From NCBI GenBank assembly GCA_044345055.1, contig JBIJBT010000005.1, positions 1 to 57,098 on the forward strand: DNA of 57,098 nt. Reading direction: 5' to 3'. Source of the DNA: Bdellovibrionota bacterium (GTDB taxonomy: Bacteria > Bdellovibrionota_C > UBA2361 > OMIW01). Shown in pieces: positions 1-10,540 of this stretch. The notes below the pieces were generated by a model. That model was given only the letters and a program-made list of their open reading frames with translations, made no database searches and was not told where the DNA came from. Made by a program: the position numbers and the translations under genes. Every line of letters starts with the position of its first letter. Within the stretch, counting starts at the first letter, position 1.

Positions 1-244
<244 letters not shown>

Positions 245-356
245 TTACTTGAGCCGTTGCGCTCGAGAGTCACCATTCCCTTTTTTCTTAGCTCTTCTAC
301 CATTACCAAATTGGTCCCTAGCCAACAGAAGTAACGCCCAACTCGTTGAACGTTAC

Positions 357-469
357 TTCTGGTGGTTATGGCGAGGAGGTCATACCCGTTCCCATCCCGA
401 ACACGGTCGTCAAGCTCCTCAGCGCCCATGATACTGGGATAATCCCGGGAAAGTAGGACGCCGCCAGAA
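357..469 (+). rRNA. rrf: 5S rRNA
   Basis: TTCTGGTGG...CCGCCAGAA terminal helix, CCCGTTCCCATCCCGAACACGG core, AAGTAGG motif; follows 23S. Confidence 0.97.
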
Positions 470-473
470 CTCT

Positions 474-512
474 GCCCTTTAATCTCAAATGAGATTAAAG
501 GGCCTTCTTTTT
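474..512 (+). terminator. Intrinsic terminator of rRNA operon
   Basis: Perfect hairpin GCCCTTTAATCTCA-AA-TGAGATTAAAGGGC followed by CTTCTTTTT. Confidence 0.8.
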
Positions 513-658
513 GCCAAAGATTCATACAGAGTCGCTGCTCCTCAGAAAATCCTCAGATTCTCGCCCAAATCTGCCTACTATTATTGACCAATACTAAGCC
601 CCTCATTATTCTCAGGTGCCGATATCTTCCCTTTCAATGGTGCTAACGAGGAGCTCCT

Positions 659-1738
659 GTGCTTTATCATATTCTTTACCAATGGCTCTCGAGTTACTAC
701 CCAGTGCTGAATGTTTTTCGCTATCAGACCTTTAGGGGATTTGGCGCTTTTTTCTTCTGTTTCCTATTTCTTCTTGTTGTCGAACCATTGTTCATCAGAA
801 AATTGCATCGCCTGGGAATTAAGGGTCAACCAATTCGTGATGATGGGCCGCGTGATCATGAGGTAAAGCGCGGTACGCCGACGATGGGTGGTTTGGTTGT
901 CGTTGTTGCGGTTACTCTCTCGGCGCTATTGTTCTGCGATCTTGCAGTAGGTTCAGTTTGGATTACTTTACTCGTTTTTAATCTATTTGCTTACGTTGGC
1001 TTCCTTGATGATTGGAAGAAAATTACCAAGCAGGATTCCAAAGGATTAAGTGAACGTCAGAAGCTAATATTTCAGTGTTCTATCGCCGCTCTTGCGGCGG
1101 GTTGGCTTGTATGGAGCTCATTTCCGCTTACTCTTCAGCTTCCTTTCCTCAAGCAGGTGGCATTGCCGCTAGGTATTCTTTTTATCCCATTTGTTGTCTT
1201 TGTTGTTATTGGAACTTCAAATGCGGTTAATTTAACCGACGGGCTTGATGGTTTAGCTATAGGGCCGGTGATGACCGTTGCTGCAACATATGCAGTTTTT
1301 TGTTATGTGTCAGGACACAGTGAGATTTCGCGCTATCTTGTCGTTCCGTATGTTCCTAACCTCGGTGAAATTAGTATCATACTTGCCGCGATTGTGGCCT
1401 CTGGGCTTGGGTTTCTCTGGTATAACGCATTTCCGGCTCAGGTATTTATGGGTGATACCGGAGCACTCGCACTTGGCGGTGTTCTCGGGTTTGTTGCAGT
1501 TCTATGCAAGCAAGAGCTCATACTTGTTGTTTCGGGGGGGGTGTTTGTCGTCGAAACCCTCTCGGTAATAATTCAGAGATATTCATATAAATGGAGAAGG
1601 AAGCGAGTTTTTCGCATGGCGCCTATTCACCACCATTTTGAGCTTAAAGGGTGGGCTGAGCCTAAAATAATAGTTCGATTTTGGATTATCTCTATCGTGC
1701 TTGCACTTTTCTCCCTCACTACACTGAAGTTGCGATAG
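659..1738 (+). CDS. mraY: Phospho-N-acetylmuramoyl-pentapeptide transferase
   Basis: KRGTPTMGG, GFLDD, NAVNLTDGLDGLA, FMGDTG, MAPIHHHFELKGW motifs; GAGGAG RBS before GTG. Confidence 0.98.
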   Translation: MLYHILYQWLSSYYPVLNVFRYQTFRGFGAFFFCFLFLLVVEPLFIRKLHRLGIKGQPIRDDGPRDHEVKRGTPTMGGLVVVVAVTLSALLFCDLAVGSVWITLLVFNLFAYVGFLDDWKKITKQDSKGLSERQKLIFQCSIAALAAGWLVWSSFPLTLQLPFLKQVALPLGILFIPFVVFVVIGTSNAVNLTDGLDGLAIGPVMTVAATYAVFCYVSGHSEISRYLVVPYVPNLGEISIILAAIVASGLGFLWYNAFPAQVFMGDTGALALGGVLGFVAVLCKQELILVVSGGVFVVETLSVIIQRYSYKWRRKRVFRMAPIHHHFELKGWAEPKIIVRFWIISIVLALFSLTTLKLR

Positions 1739-1742
1739 GCAG

Positions 1743-3203
1743 ATGAAAGAGCGATCGATAATCTCACTTTTTACTCAGGCTGGGTCGCGTATTGCAGTTT
1801 TAGGGTTGGGTATTAGTGGTGTTGAGACGGCAAAGTTTCTACTTCGTCGCGGCTGTTATCCGATCTGTTTTGAAGGTCAAAGCGAGGAACGATTCAAGGG
1901 CCGGTCTGGACTCGTTGTTGAGGTTGAGGAGCTGCAGCGGTCTGGTGCAACGATAATTTTTGGGGTTGAAGGCTCTGATATAGTGCCGCATCTAAGCGGA
2001 GTAGTCGGAGCTGTTATAAGTCCGGGAGTCCCGCTTAAGGGGCAAATGGCTCAGAGTTTTTTGTCACTCGGCATCCCAGTGATCGGGGAGTTCGAGCTTG
2101 GAATAGCTCTCTCTGGGGTCGCTTCGGTTATCGTTACTGGAAGTAACGGAAAAAGTACAACGGTTTCTCTTCTTCATGCGGCGTGGGAGGAGTCGGAAAA
2201 GCGCTCGTTGCTCTGCGGTAATGTCGGAATACCTGTCATCGCATCCGCTGATACTGATGAAAAATATGAGGTAGTAGTCGGTGAGGCCTCAAGCTATCAG
2301 CTTGAGAGCTGCTCGATACTCTGTCCTGACGTTGGAATATTTCTTAATCTCTCCGAGAATCACCTTGAGCGACATGGAACGATGGAGGGATATCGAGGAG
2401 CAAAGCTCCGTCTTTTTGGGCAACACGATTCTTCAAAGATTGCGGTTCTAAATTATGATGATCCACTTGTCCGATCGGCTAGTTCAGAAATAGAGAGTTC
2501 AATAGTTTGGTTTGGACGTGAGATAAATTCTGATGCTCAGGGAGTTATCATCGAGTATGATCGCGAACGAGGATTGGACAGATTGCAATATCGTATTGGA
2601 GACAACAACGGTTTCGTCGATTTAACGGGTTCTCAGCTTATTGGTTTGCATCACCGGTACAATGCTGCTGCGGCACTCGCGGCGTTTCTCTCGATGAAGG
2701 GAGACTTGAATGCATTCGAGCGTGCCGTCAGGTCGTTTGCAGGACTACCACACCGTACCGCAATTGTCGGTCAGTGGGGTGCTTCGGTTGTGATTAATGA
2801 TTCAAAGTCTACAACTCCAGCAGCAACCGAAGCGGCGCTTCAAAGTGTTGGGGCTGAGTATCCACGCCATGCTATTACTCTTCTGATTGGGGGGGCAGTA
2901 AAGGCGGGCTCTTGGAGCTCTGTTTTTGCCGCAATTTTGAAAGAGCGGGAAAGGCGAGAGGTTCGGGTTGTTTGTTTTGGAAGGGATGGCTCGAAGCTGC
3001 GGAAAGATGGAGAAGATTTCGGGGTTTCTTCCGATTATTTTTCTACAGTTGCCGACGCCTTAGCGGCGCTTTCAGATTTTTCTGATAATCCAGAGATCAT
3101 TCTGTTTTCGCCAGGCGCTGCGAGCTTTGATGAGTTTCGCGATTTTGAGGATCGGGGAGAGCGGTTTTCTCAGCTGATTTTAGAGCGGTTTCAAATCAAT
3201 TAG
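1743..3203 (+). CDS. murD: UDP-N-acetylmuramoyl-L-alanine--D-glutamate ligase
   Basis: GLGISG, SPGVP, TGSNGKSTT, EASSYQLE, NDSKST, SPGAASFDEF motifs; dcw position. Confidence 0.96.
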   Translation: MKERSIISLFTQAGSRIAVLGLGISGVETAKFLLRRGCYPICFEGQSEERFKGRSGLVVEVEELQRSGATIIFGVEGSDIVPHLSGVVGAVISPGVPLKGQMAQSFLSLGIPVIGEFELGIALSGVASVIVTGSNGKSTTVSLLHAAWEESEKRSLLCGNVGIPVIASADTDEKYEVVVGEASSYQLESCSILCPDVGIFLNLSENHLERHGTMEGYRGAKLRLFGQHDSSKIAVLNYDDPLVRSASSEIESSIVWFGREINSDAQGVIIEYDRERGLDRLQYRIGDNNGFVDLTGSQLIGLHHRYNAAAALAAFLSMKGDLNAFERAVRSFAGLPHRTAIVGQWGASVVINDSKSTTPAATEAALQSVGAEYPRHAITLLIGGAVKAGSWSSVFAAILKERERREVRVVCFGRDGSKLRKDGEDFGVSSDYFSTVADALAALSDFSDNPEIILFSPGAASFDEFRDFEDRGERFSQLILERFQIN

Positions 3204-3286
3204 ATGGATATGAGCTACTGATTTGTCGTGGCGTGTTTCGCGGTAGCATCATTTTTGATGAGCGTTATTTTTTTGGGAGTACCCTG

Positions 3287-4414
3287 ATGGCAAGACCTCG
3301 AGAATTACGCCCCCCCCTTGTGGGTGATCGGGTCCTTGTAGGTGCAACCATAGCGCTCGTCGTTTTTGGTTTGGTAATGATATATTCTGCGACAGGAGTG
3401 CTTGCTGAAAAAGATAAGGGAGATCCATTTTTCTTCCTGAAACGTCAGGCGTTCTCGGCAGCCATCGGGATTCCGCTGATGTTTGCCCTCTCTTTTTTGA
3501 ATATGAGTAGGGTTAAAGAGCTGGCCGGATACCTCTATCCGGTGTGTGTTGTTTTGCTATTGCTCACGGTGCTTCCCGGCGTTGGGCTTCGAGCGGGGGG
3601 GGCGCAGCGGTGGATAAATCTTGGTTTCACGGCAGCGCAGCCGGGAGAGTTGGTAAAGCTGCTTTTCGTTGTCTGTATCGCGCGTTTTTTTTCCCGTCAT
3701 GAGCACGAGCTCCATCGGTTTGTCGTTGGAGTTGTTAGACCAGCGATGCTCGTCGGGCTTTTAGCAGGGTTGTTTTTGTGGCAGCCAGATTTTGGGAGCA
3801 CTGCGGTCTTGTGTGCGGTAATGCTCGCAATGAGTGTGGCAGCTGGAGTGTCGTGGAAACATCTCGGCGCGGTGATAGGTGGCGGAGTTGCTGCAGCAAC
3901 GCTTTTGGTGGTCACTTCTTCGTATCGGATGTCGCGCGTTATTCATTTTCTAAATCCGGGTGCTGACCCTCGCGGTAAAGGATATCAGCTTGATCAATCG
4001 TTGATTGCGCTAGGAAGCGGAGATCTTTTTGGGGTGGGGTTGGGTGCGAGTAAGCAAAAGCTTTTTTTTCTTCCTGCAGCTCACACCGATTTTATTTTCG
4101 CACTGATAGGAGAAGAGCTTGGATTTGTGGGGTGTGTCGCGGTACTGTTCGTGTTTCTGCTCTTTTTGTGGCGCGGGCTACTTCTGGCGCGACGGCTCTC
4201 GAGCGATATATTTGCCTTTACTCTTGCTGTTGGTCTAACCGTTATGGTGACTCTCCCCGCGTTCCTTAATATGGGGGTTGTCAGCGGTATGCTTCCGACG
4301 AAGGGGCTCGTATTACCCCTGATTGGATATGGTGGTTCAAGTTTGGTAAGTAGTCTCGCCTCAGTAGGGCTGCTTCTTGGTTTAGCTCGTTCACGACAAC
4401 GGGGTTTGTTGTAG
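3287..4414 (+). CDS. ftsW: Peptidoglycan polymerase FtsW (SEDS family)
   Basis: GAQRWI, QPGELVK, QPDFG, GYQLDQS, LPAAHTDFIF, GYGGSS; ATG at 3287 preceded by GGGAG. Confidence 0.95.
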   Translation: MARPRELRPPLVGDRVLVGATIALVVFGLVMIYSATGVLAEKDKGDPFFFLKRQAFSAAIGIPLMFALSFLNMSRVKELAGYLYPVCVVLLLLTVLPGVGLRAGGAQRWINLGFTAAQPGELVKLLFVVCIARFFSRHEHELHRFVVGVVRPAMLVGLLAGLFLWQPDFGSTAVLCAVMLAMSVAAGVSWKHLGAVIGGGVAAATLLVVTSSYRMSRVIHFLNPGADPRGKGYQLDQSLIALGSGDLFGVGLGASKQKLFFLPAAHTDFIFALIGEELGFVGCVAVLFVFLLFLWRGLLLARRLSSDIFAFTLAVGLTVMVTLPAFLNMGVVSGMLPTKGLVLPLIGYGGSSLVSSLASVGLLLGLARSRQRGLL

Positions 4415-4471
4415 CGGTGGTGGCTCTTGAAATTTCAAAGAGCGGGTGGCACGTTTAGTTTGGTGGAAGAT

Positions 4472-5548
4472 ATGGCGGGAACAGTGCTTATTGCGGCGAG
4501 CGGGACCGGTGGACATCTTTTGCCTGCCCTATATATCGCCAGTGCCCTTCAGGAGGCAGATCCGGATCTAAAGATTGCTTTTGTGGGCGCGGGTACTCCG
4601 CTGGAGGAGAAATTGATCGATGGACGGGGATACCCTCGGTATGTCGTTCTTTCTCGCAAATTGCGACGAATGGGGGTTCGAGGCGTCGTATCTTGGATTC
4701 TTCACCTTCCTGCGGGTTTGGTGCAGGCGTGGAGTCTTTTGGCCCGTTTACAGCCAGGGGTTGTGATTGGTGTTGGTGGATACGCCTCTGTGTTGCCGGT
4801 AATGGTTGGCACGTTGCGGGGAGTTCGCACCTGGATTCATGAAGCGGAGCGTCGTCCTGGATGGGCGAATTGGTTGTTGAGCATGGTTGCGACCAAATGC
4901 TCGCTGAGCTTCTCTGATGCAGTTATGCCGGTATGGGCCAAGACCGTTATAACTGGGCAGCCGCTCCGGCCCGAGCTTGTTTCAGTGCCGTTTTTGCCGA
5001 TTCCTCCGGAACAACGGCGGACCATTTTTATTACAGGCGGCTCTCAGGGTGCGCGAGCACTCGATGAGGCGGGCATTGAGCTGGCTCCTTTCTTTGCTGA
5101 ACGGGGGTTCTCGGTTCGTCATCAATGTCGGCCCGAGTCGGTCGAGAGGGTCAAGTCGGCATACGAGCGAGCCGGAGTTGATGCAACAGTCGTTACCTTT
5201 ATCGAATCGATGACAGAGGTGTATCAGTGGGCATCAGTGGTTATCAGCCGCTCAGGGCTCGGCATGATGCGAGAGCTCCGGTTCACGGGACGACCTACTA
5301 TACTTGTTCCTTTGCCCGGCGCAGAGGAACAGCAGTATAATGCCCAGCTTCTCGTTGAACGAGGCCAAGGGGTTGTTTGCCCGGAGGGCGCAGCGTTCTC
5401 GAACCGTCTTCAGGCTCATCTTGAAGAGATGCTTTCTCCGCAAGGCTATGAGCAGTTTTGTAAGGCGGCGGGAGAGGGGAGTGATGATGCGGCAGCGGCA
5501 GCGCGTATCGCGAAGGGTGTGCTTGAATTGCTTCGACAACGACGGTAG
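4472..5548 (+). CDS. murG: Lipid I N-acetylglucosaminyltransferase (divergent)
   Basis: SGTGGH, GVGGYAS, GGSQGA motifs; follows ftsW; start chosen at ATG 4472. Confidence 0.9.
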   Translation: MAGTVLIAASGTGGHLLPALYIASALQEADPDLKIAFVGAGTPLEEKLIDGRGYPRYVVLSRKLRRMGVRGVVSWILHLPAGLVQAWSLLARLQPGVVIGVGGYASVLPVMVGTLRGVRTWIHEAERRPGWANWLLSMVATKCSLSFSDAVMPVWAKTVITGQPLRPELVSVPFLPIPPEQRRTIFITGGSQGARALDEAGIELAPFFAERGFSVRHQCRPESVERVKSAYERAGVDATVVTFIESMTEVYQWASVVISRSGLGMMRELRFTGRPTILVPLPGAEEQQYNAQLLVERGQGVVCPEGAAFSNRLQAHLEEMLSPQGYEQFCKAAGEGSDDAAAAARIAKGVLELLRQRR

Positions 5549-5658
5549 TAGCGGCCTCTCCTTGAGAAGCGGATCGGTAATCGGTACGATAATTAGCACT
5601 ATTTAGAGTTTGATTGAGTAGAGGCGAGGACGTCTCACTCGGTAAATGAGGAGTTCGT

Positions 5659-7491
5659 ATGTCTGGGACCAAGAGCAGTTATCGAACACACACCTGTGGA
5701 GAGCTGCGCGCTGCGCATACCTCATCAGAGGTGATGCTGTCGGGGTGGATTGAGCGAAAACGCGACCACGGATCGATTGTGTTTATCGACTTAAGAGACA
5801 CCTACGGGGTTACCCAGCTTGTTCTCGCTGATGAGTGCGCCGCTGCTATCGCAGATGTGCGGGTTGAGTCAGTAATTACGGTTAGGGGGCTGGTTGTTGA
5901 GCGCGCGGTCGAAGTCCGTAATTCGAAGATGCCGACGGGCGATATCGAGGTCCAGGTTTCCTCGGTGGAGATTCAATCAAGAGCAGCCGTTCTGCCGTTT
6001 CAGATCGCTGATGATGATAACGCCGCTGAGCAGCTTCGGCTGACTTACCGATTCCTTGAGCTTCGTCGCTCTCGGTTGCACAATAATATCTTGCTCCGTT
6101 CCGCGGTAATAAAAAAAATCCGCGAGATCATGCACGATCTCGGGTTCCACGAATTTCAGACTCCAATACTTACCGTTAGCTCACCCGAGGGCGCGCGTGA
6201 TTATCTGGTTCCCTCTCGTCTCCATCCAGGCAAATTTTTTGCGCTTCCGCAGGCACCCCAGCAATTCAAGCAGCTACTTATGGTGGCTGGCTTCGACCGT
6301 TATTTTCAGATAGCGCCCTGTTTCCGAGACGAAGACCCGCGCGCCGATCGTTCTCCCGGTGAGTTCTATCAGCTCGATCTTGAGATGTCTTTTGTCGAGC
6401 AGGATGATGTATTTGCGGTGGGCGAGCGGCTATTTCCCGAGGTGTTTCGAACATTCTCGGCGTGGCAAATCACTGATACCCCATTTCCCCGAATTCGGTA
6501 CGCCGATGCTATAGAGCGGTTTGGATCGGATAAGCCTGATTTGCGGATTCCTCAGGAGCTCGTCACGATTACCGACCTTTTAAGGGAAACCGAATTCCAG
6601 GTTATACGCCGCTGTATCGAGGAGCGGGGCGAGGTTATTGCTCTGGCGTTCCCCGTTAAGGAGCTTCCATCACGCCGAGTGCTTGAAGATAGCGTCGAAT
6701 TCTATAAGAGAATCACCGGTTCGGGATTGGGATACCTCCTCGTGTCGCCGGATGAAATTAAGGGTTCTTTTGCCAAGGTGTTATCACCTTCTGAACAGCA
6801 GGCGATATGTAATGCGGTGAGTGATGCTCGTGGATCTGCAGGCTCTCCACACTCGATTATCTTCATCGCGGCGGGGCCCGGGACGAAAACTAGGAGCGCT
6901 CTAGGAAAGCTCCGCCTAAAGGTGGGAGCCGAATGTGGTTGCGTTGAAAAAGATGTCTATCGATTCTGTTGGATCGTCGATTTCCCGATGTTCGAGATGA
7001 ACGAGATAACCGGCGCGATTGAATTTGCACACAACCCATTCTCGATGCCACAGGGTGGCTTTGAAGCCGTTGAACGACAAGCTCCACTTGATCTGGTTGC
7101 CTACCAATACGATATTGTTTGCAACGGGATGGAGCTCACGAGTGGTGCGATCAGAAATCATGATCCTGAGATGATGTATCGGCTATTTGAGATAGCTGGC
7201 TACAGTCGAGAAACGGTTAATGAAAAGTTTGGCGGAATGATACGAGCATTCTCGTTCGGCGCTCCACCGCACGGCGGTATGGCACCAGGTATCGAGCGTA
7301 TGGTGATGCTCCTTTCGCACGCTACGACCCTTCGCGAAGTGGTCCCATTCCCGATGGCACAAACCGTTGAAGACCTGATGATGGGTGCTCCTTCGACGGT
7401 TCCCGATCTAACGTTGCGGGAGCTCGGGCTTCAGCTGACACCAGAGCTCTTGCTGAAGCGGGAATTGGCTGCTCGTGGCGAGGTAGGTTAA
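5659..7491 (+). CDS. aspS: Aspartate--tRNA ligase (probably non-discriminating Asp/Asn type)
   Basis: RTHTCGEL, RDHG (His typical of non-discriminating enzymes), EGARDYLVPSR, LPQAPQQFKQLLM, GAPPHGG. Confidence 0.97.
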   Translation: MSGTKSSYRTHTCGELRAAHTSSEVMLSGWIERKRDHGSIVFIDLRDTYGVTQLVLADECAAAIADVRVESVITVRGLVVERAVEVRNSKMPTGDIEVQVSSVEIQSRAAVLPFQIADDDNAAEQLRLTYRFLELRRSRLHNNILLRSAVIKKIREIMHDLGFHEFQTPILTVSSPEGARDYLVPSRLHPGKFFALPQAPQQFKQLLMVAGFDRYFQIAPCFRDEDPRADRSPGEFYQLDLEMSFVEQDDVFAVGERLFPEVFRTFSAWQITDTPFPRIRYADAIERFGSDKPDLRIPQELVTITDLLRETEFQVIRRCIEERGEVIALAFPVKELPSRRVLEDSVEFYKRITGSGLGYLLVSPDEIKGSFAKVLSPSEQQAICNAVSDARGSAGSPHSIIFIAAGPGTKTRSALGKLRLKVGAECGCVEKDVYRFCWIVDFPMFEMNEITGAIEFAHNPFSMPQGGFEAVERQAPLDLVAYQYDIVCNGMELTSGAIRNHDPEMMYRLFEIAGYSRETVNEKFGGMIRAFSFGAPPHGGMAPGIERMVMLLSHATTLREVVPFPMAQTVEDLMMGAPSTVPDLTLRELGLQLTPELLLKRELAARGEVG

Positions 7492-7636
7492 TCGGGGACT
7501 TCCCCGACCTCGACCGCACTTTCTCTACTGCTCAATAATTTTACCTGTTGAGCGGCATTCTCTCACCCCTTACGATGTTTGGGTCGTTCGCACAATTTTT
7601 GTGCCGTTCTATTCCCATCATAAGGGGCACCTCTTC

Positions 7637-10300
7637 ATGAAAAAAGCTGCCACAGCTCAACCTTCGCCCGCGCCGATGGTGCGTGATCGATATCTTCATA
7701 ACGATGCATTCTCCTGGCTGGGAGGCAGTACTCCGTTTTCTGGGGGTGTTATAGAGGATGATCGAATAGGTGAATCGCGTGAAGATCTTCGCCGATCATT
7801 TATCGATCATCTTTTTTACACTCAGGGAGTGAACGCGGAGCTTGCGAGTGCAAAGGATCTGTACCTTGCGCTCTCGTATACGGTACGCGATCGATTGATG
7901 CATCGATGGATCCGTTCAATAGAGACCTTTTTCGCCTCTGATCAAAAGGCGATGTTCTACCTTTCGGCCGAATACCTGGTCGGTCCTCAATTAGGAAATA
8001 ATCTCCTCAATACGGGGCTCTTTAATGAAGCTCGGGTAATGCTGCAGGAGCTTTCGGTTGACCTTTTTCGTTTGCTCGAGCAGGAACCTGATCCCGGATT
8101 AGGGAACGGTGGACTCGGTCGTCTTGCCGCATGCTTTCTTGATTCATTAGCGACTCTTGAGATGCCCGCGCATGGGTACGGAATTCGGTATGATTTTGGA
8201 ATATTTCGTCAGGAAATAATTGACGGCTGGCAGCAGGAAAAGCCAGATACATGGTTAGCTCTTGGCAATCCGTGGGAAATACCTCGATTGCAGCTCAGGT
8301 TTGAGGTTAAGTTCGGTGGTACGACCGAGACGGTTCAGGCAAGTGATGGGCCTCCTCGACGTGTTTGGCGACCAGATCATACCGTTGTTGGAGTTCCGTA
8401 CGATACTTTGGTGCCAGGTTATAATACTGCGACCGTTAATACCCTACGGTTGTGGCGGGCCCGAGCTAGTTGTGATTTCGATTTTGGTATTTTCAACGCA
8501 GGAGACTACGCTCGAGCAGTCGCCGAAAAAACCGCATCAGAGACTATCTCAAAGGTACTGTACCCTAATGATATGACGATTGAGGGGAAAGAGCTCCGAT
8601 TACGTCAGCAGTATTTCTTCGTGTCGTGCTCGCTCCAAGATATGGTGCGGATCTATCTTTTAAAACACTCCGATCTTCGCGAATTTAGTGTGAAGACAGC
8701 AGTTCAGTTAAACGATACTCATCCTGCCGTCGCGATTCCTGAATTGATGCGATTGCTGATTGATGAGCATGGTTTGACATGGGATGAGGCATGGAAGGTG
8801 ACGGTGAACACCTTCGGCTATACCAATCATACCCTTTTACCTGAGGCGCTTGAGCGGTGGCCTGTTTCGCTCTTTGGAAAACTTTTGCCCCGCATTCTCG
8901 AGATCATTTACGAGATTAACCAACGGTTTCTGAGTGAGGTTAAAGAAAAATTTCCGAATGATGATGCGCGAATCTCACGTATGTCTCTTATCGAAGAGAG
9001 TGAAGAAAAACAGGTTCGGATGGCGTATGTCGCAACGGTTGGTAGCCACGCGATAAATGGAGTTGCTGCGCTGCATTCTGAGTTGGTGACTACGCAACTG
9101 CTGCGCGATTTCCATGATATGTGGCCAGAGCGCTTCAGTAATAAGACAAATGGAGTAACCCCACGACGATGGTTGATGCTTGCAAATATGAAGCTTACCT
9201 ATCTTATTACCGAACAGATCGGTACTGGATGGATTAAGGATCTCAGTCAGCTCTCACTCCTCGAGCGTTCGCTCCCCGATCCGCGATTTCGGGAAACTTG
9301 GCGGATCTTCAAAGAGGATAATAAGCGGATACTTGCAGATCATATTGGGCGTCATCAAGGAATCTCAGTCGATCCAGTATCACTTTTTGATATCATGGTT
9401 AAGCGGTTTCATGAGTATAAACGGCAGCTCCTTCTGGGGCTTTTTGTTGTAGCGCGTTATTTTCAGATCAAGGATTCGCCTCGGCAATCGTTTCAACCCC
9501 GCACGATTATTGTCGGAGGAAAAGCGGCACCCGGGTATGCTATGGCGAAGTTGATCATAAAATTCATTAATTCGGTCGCAGAGGTTGTTAATAGCGATCC
9601 AGCTGTGAATCAATACTTACGAGTAGTCTTTTTAGAGAATTTTTCTGTATCAGTTGGTGAGCGTGTCTACCCAGCAGCTGATATCTCGGAGCAGATATCG
9701 CTCGCTGGAAAAGAGGCTTCCGGTACCGGCAATATGAAGTTTGCTCTCAACGGTGCTCTTACAATTGGCACACTCGATGGTGCAAATATTGAGATCAGGC
9801 AGGCCGTTGGTGCGGAGAATTTCTTCCTCTTTGGTATGACTGAGCCGGAGGTGCGAGATTTGAAAGCGCGAGGGTATATTCCATCGGAGCGCGTTGAAAC
9901 AAATTTCGAACTAAAACGGGTCGTCGACAGCCTTTGCTCAGGTCTATTTTCTCGAGGCGACCGCGACCTTTTCCGTCCCATTCTTGAGAGCCTTTTGTGG
10001 CGCGATGAATACTGTCTTCTCGCAGATTTTCATTCTTATCTTGAGGCACAAGATAGAGTCGATGCTGCTTATTGTCGGGGCGATGATTGGACGAAAAGCT
10101 CAATTCTCAATACAGCGCGTATGGGATATTTTTCCTCTGATCGCACCGTGAAGGAGTACAGCGAAGAGATCTGGGGAATCTCTCCTTTGCACGTTTCAAT
10201 TGAAGAGGCTGGTGCTGGAAAGCGGGTGAAATCGGAGAATGGGGCTGCGAAGAGCGACAACTCGAAGAAGGGACTTTGGAGTAAGCGGCTTGGTTGGTAG
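7637..10300 (+). CDS. glgP: Glycogen/maltodextrin phosphorylase
   Basis: GLGNGGLGRLAACFLDS, QLNDTHP, NGVTPRRW, EASGTGNMKF PLP-binding motif. Confidence 0.97.
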   Translation: MKKAATAQPSPAPMVRDRYLHNDAFSWLGGSTPFSGGVIEDDRIGESREDLRRSFIDHLFYTQGVNAELASAKDLYLALSYTVRDRLMHRWIRSIETFFASDQKAMFYLSAEYLVGPQLGNNLLNTGLFNEARVMLQELSVDLFRLLEQEPDPGLGNGGLGRLAACFLDSLATLEMPAHGYGIRYDFGIFRQEIIDGWQQEKPDTWLALGNPWEIPRLQLRFEVKFGGTTETVQASDGPPRRVWRPDHTVVGVPYDTLVPGYNTATVNTLRLWRARASCDFDFGIFNAGDYARAVAEKTASETISKVLYPNDMTIEGKELRLRQQYFFVSCSLQDMVRIYLLKHSDLREFSVKTAVQLNDTHPAVAIPELMRLLIDEHGLTWDEAWKVTVNTFGYTNHTLLPEALERWPVSLFGKLLPRILEIIYEINQRFLSEVKEKFPNDDARISRMSLIEESEEKQVRMAYVATVGSHAINGVAALHSELVTTQLLRDFHDMWPERFSNKTNGVTPRRWLMLANMKLTYLITEQIGTGWIKDLSQLSLLERSLPDPRFRETWRIFKEDNKRILADHIGRHQGISVDPVSLFDIMVKRFHEYKRQLLLGLFVVARYFQIKDSPRQSFQPRTIIVGGKAAPGYAMAKLIIKFINSVAEVVNSDPAVNQYLRVVFLENFSVSVGERVYPAADISEQISLAGKEASGTGNMKFALNGALTIGTLDGANIEIRQAVGAENFFLFGMTEPEVRDLKARGYIPSERVETNFELKRVVDSLCSGLFSRGDRDLFRPILESLLWRDEYCLLADFHSYLEAQDRVDAAYCRGDDWTKSSILNTARMGYFSSDRTVKEYSEEIWGISPLHVSIEEAGAGKRVKSENGAAKSDNSKKGLWSKRLGW

Positions 10301-10540
10301 GAGTTTTATATTCACTACGGAACCATTTTTTTCCGCACTGCTTGGCTATTTCTGCAGAACTTGTGCCTCTTTGGACCGCTGCTTGTATCTCAAGTTTGCC
10401 CCTTCCCAATCGGAGAGGTAGGATGCTCTTAAGAGGCTGCGAACTCTGTTGTTACGTGCTGAGTATTGATCAAATCTAAAAGCCTTCATCACAAATAACC
10501 GACAAATACGGCCAAAAACTGCATGAACGGAGTTTTCTCT

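Noticed and set aside
305..317. 13-mer ACCAAATTGGTCC shared with 18556-18568
   Set aside because: Matches of this length are expected by chance in 57 kb; no further similarity
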